DNA of 58,155 bases, counting the filler, from Sphacelaria rigidula (taxonomy: Eukaryota): NCBI GenBank assembly GCA_964200075.2. It is 4 parts of 4 records of this genome, joined end to end, with 100 filler letters (N's around TTAATTAATTAA, not from the genome) between each part and the next. Parts side by side here need not be neighbours in the genome. Positions count along the whole stretch, not along the records: positions 14,569 to 29,032 come from CAXNAA020002229.1; positions 29,133 to 43,594 come from CAXNAA020002230.1; 2 more parts are not named here. One strand, 5' to 3'. Below are positions 23,701-36,599 of the stretch, one piece after another. Position 1 is the stretch's first letter. Every line of letters begins with the position of its first letter. Under the pieces are notes generated by a model. The model searched no databases, was not told the DNA's origin, and was given only the letters and a program-made list of their open reading frames with translations. Both the position numbers and the translations under genes were made by a program.

Positions 23701-25323
23701 TCAAAGAACAACATATGTTTACGTCATTACCTCTCGTCGTCAGCCGGCACCATCGCGAACGAGTAGTGCAGTTGAACGTGGTCTACATAAGCCAATCCCA
23801 GGTCCTTCAGGCACGTTTCCAGGTTCTTCCGCAGCAGCGCGGGGCGGTGGAACGTGTTCCAGAGCTTGAGGAGAAAAGAGCGCACGACAAAACAAGTCAA
23901 AATTTGGATCTCGAGTTGTCTGTATGTAATAAATTCTCTGTATTCCGCTCGAAACAAATTCTTGAGTCAGATCCCAGATTTATTGCTTGTTGCTTGTTTG
24001 TCCAAGAAAAGGGAGAGGAGATTATCACGGACTTAAATGAAGTTGCCCGGCATTGTGTGGCAACTTTCGATAGTCTCCAAAGTTGGGTTCCAGGGTTAAG
24101 GGACCGAACGCCCTTGCGAACGTAGGACCAGATGGTAGCGATTGTGGTGGATGGAAGCGAGGAGCTTCGTGCTGCAACCGACTGCTCTGCGTGTCACTGC
24201 CGCACATCTCTAATGACTTGCGCTGCTGGGGATGGTTCAATGGTCAATGGCACACCAGCATGTCGTTCATACCTGCAAGCGATGTGCCAACGGGGTGAAG
24301 AGCGACTGCGACGACCACTATGCGAGCATCATAACCTCCGACAATCACCAAGATGCAAAAAATCAAAAAGTGCTGTGTTTCACGTGCGGTGAACACCGCT
24401 TACCTTGGTTGTAATGAATAAGTCTTCTCTGCTGATATATTTCTTCTCCAAGGAGGCAGCAATGGCCGACCCAACCTCCTCCTGATTGAAGTAGCACCAC
24501 GCTAGCAAATTCGCATCGCACCACGAAAGGATCGATGCAACAAAGGTGGCATACGATAACGTAACGTTTGCATCACTCCACCTAAAACAAATGAGAGCTT
24601 TCAACGTACTCCGTCTGCGGCACTAGTGAACATTTGAAGGTTCACGATACAGTGTTGGAACCAGCCAACCGTACACAATGCCTTCATTTGTTAAGGTCAA
24701 AGCACCTTGGAACACAAGCAAGAGCTAGCAAGGGCTACGGCGACATACCGCCTGTTGCACAACCTGTTGCGCGTTTTCACGCGGACAAATAGCTATCATT
24801 CATCTCTGCTGAGGACACGCCCTCTGGTGCCGCCACGTACCAGCGGCTCAGCTCTCAGGAAAGAGCCAAATCCCCCAGACCAAAACAGGTGTAGGTCTCA
24901 ATTGAGGTGCGGTATCAACGGCACCCCTACTAAATGTACACGGAGTACGTCGCGGACAATAAAAACTCCACATAATTTAGCAGTGATTGATATCCCGGGA
25001 TAATTAGCCGCCCGGTTGCCGGAAACTGTATACTAGTGTATACGCACCGTGCGGTGACATTTGCTCTTGTTGAGATACTGGTTGACTGCTCAGCTAATCA
25101 ACCAGCGCTGGCTCATTAGCTCCGCAGTCAACCAGTATCTTAACTGATTCCACCGTCCCATTTTCAACGTCACTCTGTTCTAAACGCCGACGGCAATTGT
25201 GTACCGTTCGAAAGCAGAACCAACGCGCGATGTTGCAAAATAACGTTGCAATGCAAGGAAGAAGGATGCCTGTGAGCTGTACTCACCGCAGTCGACGTGT
25301 GTATAGCCTTCCTTCAGCGCAGT
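20781..25323 (-). CDS. Aldo-keto reductase (AKR1/aldose-reductase-like), 9 exons, 5'-partial
   Basis: Exons 25287-25323, 24404-24501, 23731-23864, 23472-23547, 22970-23029, 22255-22314, 21884-22051, 21574-21654, 20781-20927 splice in frame to 286 aa: TALKEGYTHVDCAWCYFNQEEVG...REDLFITTKLWNTFH...YVDHVQLHYSF...KSIGVSNF...LQVEMHPYL...AYAPLG...[35 protein letters not shown]. Catalytic D-Y-K-H tetrad and NADPH-binding IPKS present. The N-terminal GLGTW exon was not found on this contig. Confidence 0.95.
25069..25144. repeat. 76-bp hairpin in an AKR intron
   Basis: gttgagatactggttgactgc pairs with gcagtcaaccagtatcttaac (1 mismatch), continuing through agctaat/attagct to a ccagcgctgg centre. Confidence 0.8.
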
Positions 25324-25904
25324 CTGCGGCACGAACAAGCGAGTGGACGGGCATGAGTAGGATTAGGCTTTGCACTGTATGCTTTTTCGAAGCACGGCGA
25401 TGTGTGCTGCAAGCGCACTTTGTCACCACACCCTCTGATTCCTTGTTCCCCACGAACCGGACACGAGAGACACGAGAGGCACGAGAGACAGGGAGCATGA
25501 CTCCCTCTCCCCCTCACCAGCCGCTGGGCACCGTTTTGGCTCATGCTACACCCTCGCCCGGCGGCTGGAGTTGTTACGCACCAGTACACAATACCTTACA
25601 GGTCGGCTTCGCCAGGATATTGAGTAAACTCGTACATTTTCAACGCCATTTTCAAATACATATTGTATGGATAAATCCGATCCGCCGGCCTAGCTTGTGA
25701 TCTTGTGTGAAACTTTTGTGGACGAAATTGCAGATGTTGATTGATCTGTTACTCTTAGGGTTAGGTACTGAACCAGTACGTAGTGCCAGTTCCTGCGAAC
25801 AACTGGCTGAGAGGGCTGCCAGTGCGCCAGTACATTGCACACATTGCGTACATCCTCTATAACGCCTCACAAACCAACGGAAACCCGTCCCATTACGCCG
25901 CACG

Positions 25905-25975
25905 AGAAGATAGAGAGATAAGAGAGGAAAGAGAGAGAAGAGAGAGAGGAGAGAGAGATGAGAAAGAGAGGAGAC
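25905..25975. repeat. (GA)n-rich low-complexity tract
   Basis: Directly visible purine-rich tract. Confidence 0.8.
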
Positions 25976-26451
25976 ACGCACGCCCACACATAGAGGGAAA
26001 CTGGAGAGAACATTAGAACGATCGCTGTTTTTTTTTCACCAGCGGCACACCCGCTGCAGACCCCGGCGGAGGGCCTGAAAAAAAGCGGCAGCCTCAGCCT
26101 CAGCCTCAGCCGAGGGAGATACAGCGCAAGGGAGAACGACGCGTACCGCTAGCGGGGGGCTGCTTTCTTTTTGTTACATATTTTTCATGGCTTCAAGCCA
26201 GGAGGTATCTTGATGAACATGAGAGCACATCATGAAGTATTTCTATTTCAAAACATAAAACGTTCTGGTGGTGTGCCACCCAACCAAAAACCTGAAACAA
26301 ACAGGTTACCATATGGATGATTGGGTACTATTTTCATTATTTCACACCCGAGTCACGCCTCATTGAAGATGCTTATAATTACCCAAGAAAAATCTAATAG
26401 TTAAGCCGAATCGCGTGAAGACACGCCTCCGGCGGGCCCCCCTCACCAGCC

Positions 26452-26510
26452 GGGGGGGGGAGGAGAAGGGGGGGTACTCATGATATTGCATGCCATAGTC
26501 AGATGACCAT
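26452..26510 (-). repeat. 3' tail of an interspersed retroposon-like repeat (same family as 32816-33160 and 37988-38070)
   Basis: Reverse complement reads atggtcatctgactatggcatgcaatatcatgagtacccccc, vs atggtcatatgactacggcatgcaagatcatgagtacacctcccc at 38003. Confidence 0.7.
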
Positions 26511-26543
26511 CTGGGGAGGGGTGTTCATGTAATTGTGTACCTT

Positions 26544-28250
26544 TGATGAGGTCTACGACAAGGATCTACGTAGGAGTTATTGGCGTCACGTGTGGTGATC
26601 TGGTTGGGTACACGTGTAGGGTGTTACACCGCATTTAGGCGTTACGTTACATACGTGAAGTCTTGACTTGGTGACATGAGATATGTGGTTCGCACATCAT
26701 CTCACTCCATTCCATCACCGCAGTCAGACTGGCTGACCTGCTTTAATAAACTATCTCTACAACTCTTCACGGGAAACCGAGCCAACCAACATACTAGTAT
26801 TCACCTACCGGTACGGTTCAACGCACGAAGATGGCTGCAAGAGGAAATGGCTCACAACAGCAATCCTCGGACAACGGTTCAGAGAGGGGCTCGCAGGCCT
26901 CTTCAACCGTCGATCGTATAGCACAAGTGGAGAACACGATGGTGGCATTCGGCCGTCTGCTGGAGCGGATGACACAGAGGCTGGACACCATGCAGATCAG
27001 CAGCAACGGGGTGGGTGGAGCCGGGGGCGTCAGGAGCGGAGACGTCATCGTCAGCAGTGGGCCTGCAGGGGTGAGGTCCGCAGCAACAAATCAACCGCAA
27101 CGCACGGGAGGACTTCAGGCGGCAGACCTTCGTGGCCATGGGGGGAGCAATGAAGGCCCTCATGGTTCGAGTTCAGGGGCTACGAGGGGAACGCCAGGGG
27201 CAAGGGGCCCCCAACGTGAGTCTCCCTCCAGGGGTGGACACGATTTCAGTTATGGTGTAATGATGCAGGGGATGTATGAGGGTGGGTTTTCAAGTGGATT
27301 TAAACCTGAGGTTCCGAAGTACACTGGAAAGGAGGGTGACTTCGAGAGGTTCCGACAATCTTTCATCTCGTATGCACGACACTTGAGACTGGACTGGGTG
27401 TTTACAGGGGATTGTGAGTTGATTCACGTAGGCGACCCGAGTGTAGCAATTGAAGAGCTAGAAGCACAGTACGGGCGTGATGTAGTGAGTACAAACGTCA
27501 GGGCATGGCACCTTTTGTCCGCTAGTCTCACAGAGGAAGTAGACCAGGACATACTTTTCAGAGTCCATTCTCCACGTGAAGCTTGGGATGCTCTCGTGGA
27601 GGCTCGGAGTCCAAAGACCCAGGGGGCTAGGCTTGCGTTATTAAGTAAGATTGACAATGTCACAGTAGCCGTCGACAAAGACCCGATCGTACAACTGGTG
27701 GAACTAGAGAGCACAGCACGAAGACTGAGATGTTACGAAGAGTTCAAACATCTGAACGACTCCCTTATTCTGTCCAAATTCCTCAATGCGCTGCCTCCCG
27801 AGTATGAGATACAACGTCAGATGTTGGAGGGAGTGAAGGGTCCGTTGAGGAGGGAGGAAGTGGTTTCCGTGGTGAGGGGGAGGTTCGAGTCGAGCGCTTT
27901 CCAGAAGCTACTCGAGAAGGGGTCCGCCAATTATGGCGCCTTGGTGGCAAGGGGGCAGTTGGGCAAAGCTAGCGGCTCGCGCCGCGGTGGAAGGGCCCGG
28001 GGTCAGAGGCAGGATGGTGATGATAGTCGGGGAGAAGGTGGTCCAGGTGGTGACGACAGCGATGACACGAGATCGACGGCGTCGAGCAGTTCGAGCGACG
28101 ATCCTCCACGGTGGAGGTGCCATGCTGGACGCACCGGTGCAAGACGTGATGGATTCCACACGGGGAACGCACGGCCTCAGCGATCGCGCGTGCGCACCGC
28201 TTATGGGCATCGTGCACTCCACAGGTGTGAGAGACCTCTACTGTTGTTGT
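26544..28250 (+). mobile_element. Ty1/Copia LTR-retrotransposon remnant: candidate 5' LTR (~26544-26791) plus uninterrupted gag, pol missing
   Basis: TG...CA-bounded segment with aataaa upstream of the ORF (no second LTR to confirm it); gag ORF from 26831. Confidence 0.7.
26831..28123 (+). CDS. gag: Copia-type Gag polyprotein (Retrotran_gag_2/UBN2-like), truncated at the zinc knuckle
   Basis: PKYTGKEGDFERFRQSF...AWHLLSASLT...SPREAWDALVE...ARLALLSKI...ILSKFLNALPPEYEIQRQML, then an RG-rich linker and WRCH, the first Cys of an incomplete CCHC knuckle. The ORF runs on to 28510 through unrelated sequence. Confidence 0.85.
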
Positions 28251-29032
28251 ACATCGATGCTCATAAGCGAGAGTGGTTCAGCAGTACCTTTCCCTCGTCG
28301 ACCGTTGAGTCGAATTTTGTGTACCCACGACACAGTCGCCCTCCACTGTTGGGCATGGTGTGGGCAAAAATTCCAGACCGCTCCGGAAATCGAAGCCCCC
28401 TCACACGCGGCCATTCGGCTACCTGTAGAGAATTTTGTAAAACGAAACCCTCTCTCGCGTCCGTTTTTCAAATGCCCTCTGGAGGATATCGGGCATTTGT
28501 AATCCTCTAGAGGGTTTTCAAGGTTGGGTTCTCCCTCGGACGTCTGTGTCGAAATCCTCTGGATTGTTTTTGAAGCACGCGCATGCTGTGGATATTTCTG
28601 ACAGCACAGGCTGTACAAATCCCATGGGAGGACTTGTTTACGAGCAGCCTCTGCTGTTCAAGTCCCACATACGAGTGTATGTTCACACGGCCGCGCTATG
28701 CAGCATTAGCCGGTGGGTATATGATGTTGGAAGGGGACATACCTTGCTCTTGTATCCATACAGGTTTTCAAAACCCCGTAGTCCGTGGTCTACGAATCGA
28801 ACATGAACAGCAAAACATGTTTTTTATTCATGTACTTTGATATGACAATAACGAGAATAATCACCCGCGGCTTGGTGCTGTATATACAGGGCTGCGTACA
28901 ACACCGTACAGGACAACAGTACGATATATCGTGCTTACACATGGACGGTGCAGTATACTGCAGAGTTATAGCGTGGCATATGGGCTACGTATGGCTATAC
29001 AGAGTGGATGTCCGTAACTTTGCGTACATGGG

Positions 29033-29132
29033 NNNNNNNNNNNNNNNNNNNNNNNNNNNNNNNNNNNNNNNNNNNNTTAATTAATTAANNNNNNNNNNNN
29101 NNNNNNNNNNNNNNNNNNNNNNNNNNNNNNNN
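29033..29132. other. Artificial 100-nt contig spacer
   Basis: 44 N + TTAATTAATTAA + 44 N. Confidence 0.99.
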
Positions 29133-32100
29133 ATCCTCCGGGTTCTCATCCTCAATCAAAAGCACCATCCTCAACATAGATGATTGGCTGTTTTCAGCGA
29201 GTTTTTCTCCGGGCACCCTGATCCTGGATCCTGCCCCAATATATTTCCGTCATCGTACTGGTAGTCTTGTGAAGATACGCGGGAATTTCTGGCGGTGCTG
29301 TATTGTCTAAAATCAAGTCAAATTCTTCATACTTCACAGACAGCTGGTGACGCCCAGGCCTCCCGCGGGGTCGAAAAAACGGATCAAAGTTATTCGTACA
29401 TTGTCTTGCATAACTTCGCGATTTCTGGGCTCGGTGTAAAGGCAAAGACATCTGCGTGTTCGCTGTGACACGAGCTGCGACTGGGTGGAGTGCCGTTCAC
29501 AAAGGATCATGCGTGCGGTGTAGAATGGCAATTTTGAAAGCTAATCTTGACATCCGCCGCTTCTAGCTGGTGAAAATCCTACTTCAATTCAATTGTTTCC
29601 CACTGCTGTAGTGGCACCCTTGTGACGCAATACTAGCGCGAGACCTGGCGCCGCAACGGCCGATGTCCTGTGTCCGTCATGCGGCGGGTGCTTCTATATA
29701 CTATTTTCGGTTGTCATTTTCCGGGTCCAGAAATCCTTCGTTTCGGAACAGTTTTTGACTATAAAGGCTTTAGTATTGAATCTTGAAATCCAATCGCTTC
29801 GCTGTGGTTTTGGGATCTATAAGAAATGGTTCGGTTCTATATTTTGAACCAAAACCGCGTGTTTTTTTAGTTTTGGACGATGGATGACTGTTTGATCGTT
29901 CTGGCCGTTTGTGAGAGGGCGGTTGTGGTGGGGTTTGGAGTGTGTGGAGCACTCGCCGGCGGCGAAGAAGGGTGCCATGGAAGCGGGGAAACCCGCAGAT
30001 ATGTCTGTGCTAGATCTGGTGGAGGATTTTCAAGCCCTGGATGCCGATGAGATGATGAAGGGCGATGCAACTACGAAGGGGCGGTTTGGCAGCATCACCT
30101 TGGAACGGAGCATAGGTGGGTTTGGGAGCGGTACAGTTGATACAATCCATGCGTACGGCATGTGGTTTGTGATACTTGTACATACTTGTACTTGGCCAGT
30201 TGGACACTGGAATGGGCCTTGCTGTTGCATTTGATGTCCTGGCACATGCTGTGGTCATTGCCGTGAACGACAGCACTGTTGTGCCTCGAAATTGACGTTT
30301 TTTGCAGCTCAAAGTCCCGCGGGCCGCTGCTGCGCTAACACAGGCACCTTGGGACAAAAAAATAGTCAACGGCAAGTTCACCGGTGCCGCCTCAGTTACA
30401 CGAATACACTTGAGCCATCGAGCAATGTTGCTGACCTCTACATCTATGCTGTTGGATATCACTTGCACTACCTATTGGCAGCTAGACTATGCAGTATGGG
30501 GATCTATTTGTGCTTTACTTGCGTGTTGTCCGCCCAGAGGCTTGACGAGCCATCTCATCTCCAGGTATCATATATGTCCATGGATCATGAAAGTCTCTCC
30601 GTCATTGTAGCCTGCCCGGTGGATCTGCGACGCAATCGTCTTTACTGACTGTGCCTCATCGAGCTACCGCATTTGGGGATTAATATCTGCAGGAGTCCAT
30701 TCTAATGCTCGACCTGTCGTATGGACACCCCAGGTGCACTGGCGACGCTGTCTTTACATTTCAGTCCGCAGGACCGTTGTGCCGCATCAAGTCAGTGTGA
30801 TGAACGTGTACAGTGCGTCCCATACCGTAGGTTGCGGGGTATATATCACTTGGGGCGATCAGAAATCAAACCTTGATATTTTCTATGAAAACCCTCCCGC
30901 ACTGCCACATGATACTGTTTTCCGCTAATCTGGGTAGGAGGTTTTCAACGACAGAATTTTCGGCGGTTTGGCCGCCTCAGTTTTTGGATTTGCTTCGCGT
31001 AGCTTGTGTTTGATAAAACCTTCATCGGCTCAACGTCAAACTGCGTACCTCTTTTTCCCTCTCAGTTCTACAGACAGTAACTCCCATCCTTCCTCAGGAC
31101 GAGTGCGCGGTGTAATGGTCTCAAGGGACACGCCTTACAGTGTTGTGCCGCGAATTGGATCGGCACCCCCTCACCGCGTCGACTGCCGTCTAACAAACTC
31201 AGCCCAACAGAGTTTTTCCTTGCTACTCACATCCTTACGCTTTCAACAGTGGAAATTAGACACCGAAGAGAAAAAAGCCAAACAAAACGCATCTGGCAGG
31301 ATTGGAACCTGCGTTTTCCCTACCCTTACGGTGACAGTTGTACCATTACACCGCCAGAGCGCGGTGGATAAGCGGCGTACTGTACACGAAAAATCGGCTG
31401 AGTGTTGGGGAATCTGCTCGGTGAAGAAGGTCATGCCAAAGTGGTATAATTCGTCTGGCCCCAACTTTCTCACCGAAAAACGCCGAAGCGCCCGAACAGG
31501 CAATTGTGATACATATATTATTCATACAACGGGAAGCGGACGCGTCGGGCCCCTGTGGAATCGTCATCATTTTCTTTGGAAATTTAAACTTGCTGAAGAT
31601 CCAGATGACCCACGCCGGGGTCATAGGGAGAATGTTGTTTAACCCTTTGACTGCGACACCCAGTTCATGGGCAAGATGGACTGTTGTCGATTTATCTTCA
31701 GAACCAGTGTTGTTTCGCATGTGAAACAGTACACCGAATTACATGAACAGGTAGATGTCTAGCTATTGTATGTAAATTAGTACGGGAGAACTCCTAACCG
31801 GTTTTGAGCCACTTCTCGTGGGGTATGTGCTTCAATACTTATAAAGTGGTGAACGCTCGCCACCACTGCTAGTGGAATATACACATACTTTTTGGCCTTT
31901 GCGTTCACACCTTTGGTGCTCATGCTGACACACCCCGAGCATCTTTCCATACGTTGCATTGCTCGTCACATCGTCCTTACTGCCGAAACTGCACGGCATA
32001 TACTGGTGCTGCACCCCGCATACAGACGTCGTTTATAGATGGCGAAATACAGCAGTCGATACAATACAACCAGTTTGCCATCGCTCCCCACTGCACATAG

Positions 32101-32156
32101 TGTATGCTGTTTTCATCTCTGCCCCGTGCCCAGCAACAATGTGCTACAGCTATCAA

Positions 32157-32511
32157 TAGCGGGTTCTCAAAAATGGGGTTGAACAAAAACTGAGGTTCAA
32201 CTTCAAAGCCGTGCTTTCCCTGACCTGAAGTAATGGTGAATCACTTTCATATGAACGACCTCATCCCGCCCGACCTCCCTAGACTAATTCGGGGTGAAAA
32301 AAGAGACGATTTTTTGGCCCAAAAATCGTGCTCTCGCACATAGCCTTCGGGGAGACGGAAGGTTGAAAACCGCCCGAGATAGTTTTAGGAAGGTCGAGAG
32401 GGATGAGGTCGTCCGTATGAAAGTCATTTGTCATGATCTTAGGTCAGGGACAGCACTACTTTTGAGTTGAACCTCGTTTTTTTGTTCAACCCCATTTTTG
32501 AGAATCCGCTG
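32157..32511. mobile_element. MITE with long (~135-bp) terminal inverted repeats
   Basis: tagcgggttctcaaaaatggggttgaacaaaaa...gacgacctcatccc mirrored by gggatgaggtcgtc...tttttgttcaaccccatttttgagaatccgctg. Confidence 0.85.
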
Positions 32512-32815
32512 TTTATCCCGAGAACACGAAGGGGCAGACCTCTCGCCAATAGAAAAGGCACCACTGTTTTTGTGCATCAATGGGTGGGTGGTCGTTTCAG
32601 CTCAGGTAAAACAGGGCTTCAATGCATGTGGCCCAATAAGGTAAATCTGCACGAGAACATAGTGAACTAAGCGACCATTCAAAACCACGAAAATGATCAC
32701 ACCCCTCCACCCTCACGCCAGTCATCCGACCTAAAAGTCTCCTGATAAGACGCATGGTTGATACGATGAGCTTTCTCCAACCCTCTGGAAACCCTGCCCC
32801 CCTCAAAGTTCTCGG

Positions 32816-33160
32816 TCTCGGAAGGGATGCGTGGTCAATGCCGAACGTGAACGAAGGTGGCATGAAATTGTTTGATGCATTAGACGGTACGAAAACAGCG
32901 ATAGCTATACTAGGAGATAGGTTGTGGCCACAGACGGCGAAACAAGACGGGGGTCAGCTATGTAAACGGTTTTTGTGTAACGCATGGAAAAAATGTGTTG
33001 AGCACCGAAATGTTGGAGTTGTGTTCATCAGGAGTAGGAATGGTGCTCCGTCTCGAAAGGGATGCGTGGTCAGTTGTCAAACGACTATAATAGGGCAAGC
33101 AACAAATGAGTACCCCCCCCCCCCCCTCCCCCAATGAGTACGCCCCCCCCTCCCCCCGGT
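32816..33160 (+). repeat. Interspersed retroposon-like 3' fragment ending in atgagtac + poly-C
   Basis: agggatgcgtggtca occurs twice (32823, 33058); the terminus matches 37988-38070 and 26452-26510. Confidence 0.6.
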
Positions 33161-36100
33161 GTTGGGCTTTCGGTCATTTCTGAAGCCATACCACTACATA
33201 CAGTAGTGTCTCGGGTTACGTAGTACATCACCCTACCTAAATACTACCTCCAGGTGACAAAAATTCGGATTTCAATAAATTCACACGCCCGACGAGTCAT
33301 GACTTGCATTTGTGCAAGTCCTACTAGTCATTTCAGAGGATCGGGACATGGCTCAATTTCTACAAATCATTCCGGCAAATGACGACGGTACTGGCTCAAG
33401 CATCAACTTTTCTTTGGGGACTAAAAATGAGGATGACCCGAGTACCACGGTGTAATTCGAAGAAATGTGAAAATGATGGGTATGATATGAGCCATCACGG
33501 GACCATTTTGCAAAACGAGAGACGACTATGACTTGAGTCACAACAACTGATCTCGCATTGGGAGTGTAGACGGGGTCGACCATCTATCCATCTCGTCATT
33601 AGCGTGTACCAAGTTTCCAGAGACTATATCAGCATCGTACAGTAGAAGACAGTACCGTACATACATGCTATCCTAGCAACGACACTTTCTACGATAGCCT
33701 CCCCCCCCCCCAAAAAAAAAAGTGCCTGGTTTGGGGAGGCAAAATCTTGACGTAAATGGAAATGGAAGAGGCCGAGCACAACGAGCAGCTGGGAATTCCC
33801 ACGCTTGGACTCGTTCTCGCCAATGGGCGCCCATGTCAGGCGCTGTATGGTCATTTTTTTCGTGACACTTTCGAGCTGTTTTTTTTTTTGGAAGGGGGGG
33901 CTACCGTAGAAAGTGTCCAACACAGATTCGGTCATCACATATCTCGCAGCTGGACTTATTGCTGGTGTGGATTGCTTTTGACCCGATATCCCTAGGACAA
34001 GGAGCTGCTGCCCTGATGTCATAGTAGTAACCACGCCCGTATGTCGGTGAAACGCTCGCGCACAGATAGGCACGTCTACATGTTAAGTCGCAAAGGAAAA
34101 TAGCAGGGCTCTGAACTGGACCGAGGTGACTTTACCACTCGGTAGTTGATGGATATTTTCCGGAAATTTATGGTTTGTGCAGATGCTGATGCATTTCGAG
34201 CAACACTAACCCTAACCCTTACCCTTACCCCAACCCCAATGAAAACATACCGAGAACCCTCGGGCAAGGGGGGTGCAATGTGTTCCCTAGGGGAAGTGTG
34301 CGTTGCCAGACCTCAAATCGCTGCCTCAGGCGCCGATTTAGACAAAAACGCGGTCTGCGCACGCTAGGAGCACGCCAGGAGCCCAGCCCTTTCAAAGATC
34401 CGGATTTCGGTGTCCACACTAAAATCCAATACTGCACCTGTCCATGAGCCGTAAATGTCCGAGAACTATCTTGAACTACCAAGTGGTAAAGTCTACTGGA
34501 CGGACTGGACCAGCTTCCAGTGTCGATTGAACTGGAACTGAAGTTTAACTGAAACTGGTGACGAGGGCGCCAGTTTATCCACTTTATTTGCAATTTGTCG
34601 CTACAGGCTATTTTTATACCAATCAATCCTCGTAGAGTGGGTTTATAGTAAAGATGCGTACACCAATTTATACAATTTGCCTGTACAATTGAGGCCTGCA
34701 CTTTACAGTTGCAGAGGAATGTCGAGCATCAATTGAGACGGAGGGCACTTCGAAGGCGTCGACGGAAACTGTTTACGTCATTAAGGCGTGAAGCAGCGGT
34801 GCACAGCTTCATGCTTCGTTTTCCGTGTTTCGGTCGACTTGTACAGTGTAGGTCTGGCGTTCTGTGGTAATACCATAGCATATGAACGGGTCCGTGCTGG
34901 GTCAATCACTAGCTGCCTACTTCAGGTGTTTTCTGCTTTTTTTCTGTCCCATCTGCTTCCTTGGTACCTCGTGCTTCTGCAATTTTCCGTTTTTACTGGC
35001 CGTAGCGTGTAGGTCGACGGCTGATCCGTCGAATGAGGAAAGTTGATAAAGGAAAAGGAGTTGTGACTTGTATACGGCGGGATGCTTGATGCGGAGCTGC
35101 CGAACGCCAAACCCCAATTGCCAACTGCCAATTGCATGATGAAGAGCGTTCTGAACATACTCCAGCACATCCTCACTACACCTCGAAATGATACAGCGGA
35201 TAAATGCCAAGGTTTGTCGCTTCATTCCATGACATCAGAAACAAGAGTAACAAACGGAAACTCGCGCGACCACAAAATAAAAAATTCACCATGGCTTGCT
35301 ATTCAACTACGAAGTATAATGCATGCGTGTTTGTCCGCCCGGACGTGAATGATTCTGCGCTCTTATTCCCACGTGCTGCCAGCCAGCCTTGGGTTTCCTT
35401 GTTCTCATCCTCCGCTCCTCACGGAGATTCTCTGCCGCTGCATGCTGCAGATGAACAATTTTCGAATCGTTCACCGCTTTAAATGGGATTTGAATGCCAT
35501 CTAAGCTTCTTAGCTCCTCAGATTGAGGAGTCACAACTTTTACAACTATCCATCTTCTGAAAGGGAAAACAAGCCAAACCCCGCATTTTTTTCTTGCCTC
35601 GGGCCGCGGTTCCACGGGGCCTCCTTGCAATCCAGGAGGGGGCGTTAGGGCTCGCGGCTTCGCCGCTGGCGCGGCCAGTTTAAACTTAACTGGCCAGAGC
35701 TGTCAATTCATAACCCTAGAAAACAGGGGATAGTCATTTTGAAAAGTTAAGGCGAGCATAGCTCAAATGTATGACGATTTTTTCGAATGTCAGCTCACAA
35801 GTCGTGACTGATCGGGAGCGTGAAAAACGTATGACCCGGGGGTGGTGCACGCCGCACAATACGGTATCGGAGAGAGATATACTATTATATTGAAGGGTAC
35901 AGGAGTACCTCCCCCGTGTTCCATACTGCGGGCGTTGCGATGTGCTTGCCATCGTTGCTGTAGTAGTGGATTCCTGATGCCGTGTGTAGTTGTACCCTGT
36001 GAACGCAGCTACAGCTGCGTTCTGGACAATGACCGCGATTCTCCTGTCGGGATATGTTGTGTTTGATCTGAAGCGGTTCAGATCAGATCCGGACATGATC

Positions 36101-36599
36101 TGAAGCGGTCCAGATCACTTTTCCGGTGATGTGCAAGTTTATCTTGGTCTTAGAGGGGTATGACTAGATCAAGTGATTACCGACCTCATACTTAAATCAA
36201 GTGTGGTTGGTGCTGCCATGGCTAGGGTGAATTTGTGGAGATCATGTTCCTGGCAATGAATCTGGTGCTCTGCGCAGTACTCTTCAGTCTCGACACAATC
36301 AGTCATACGCTGGGCAGCCACAAGTCATAGAAAACAGTGCTGCTGTAGTTGTAATGTGCTGTACTGTATCAACCACCGACCCACGCCACTCTACAGACTC
36401 TCCTGTTGTACATGCACCATCTCTTGACAGCGCTTCTCCTGTACTCTTCTCACGAGATCATGCCGTTGCACACAAGTCCGCGACTACACTGGCACCTGGC
36501 GCCGTGTCCGGGGTAATCGAATGTGCACGTGCACCACATCAATTTTTCTCGATTGCTGTGATGACCCGAAGGATCCATCTGAAATACTTCCATTGTTTG

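Noticed and set aside
25755..25772. LGLGT peptide as the missing AKR first exon
   Set aside because: It is on the + strand, opposite to the AKR gene.
28124..28510. C-terminal extension of the 559-aa gag ORF as a novel fusion domain
   Set aside because: Begins where the zinc knuckle is cut and runs into repeat-like non-coding DNA.
35630..35722. GC hairpins followed by CTAG as a Helitron 3' end
   Set aside because: CTAG is followed by A rather than T, and no 5' TC end was identified.
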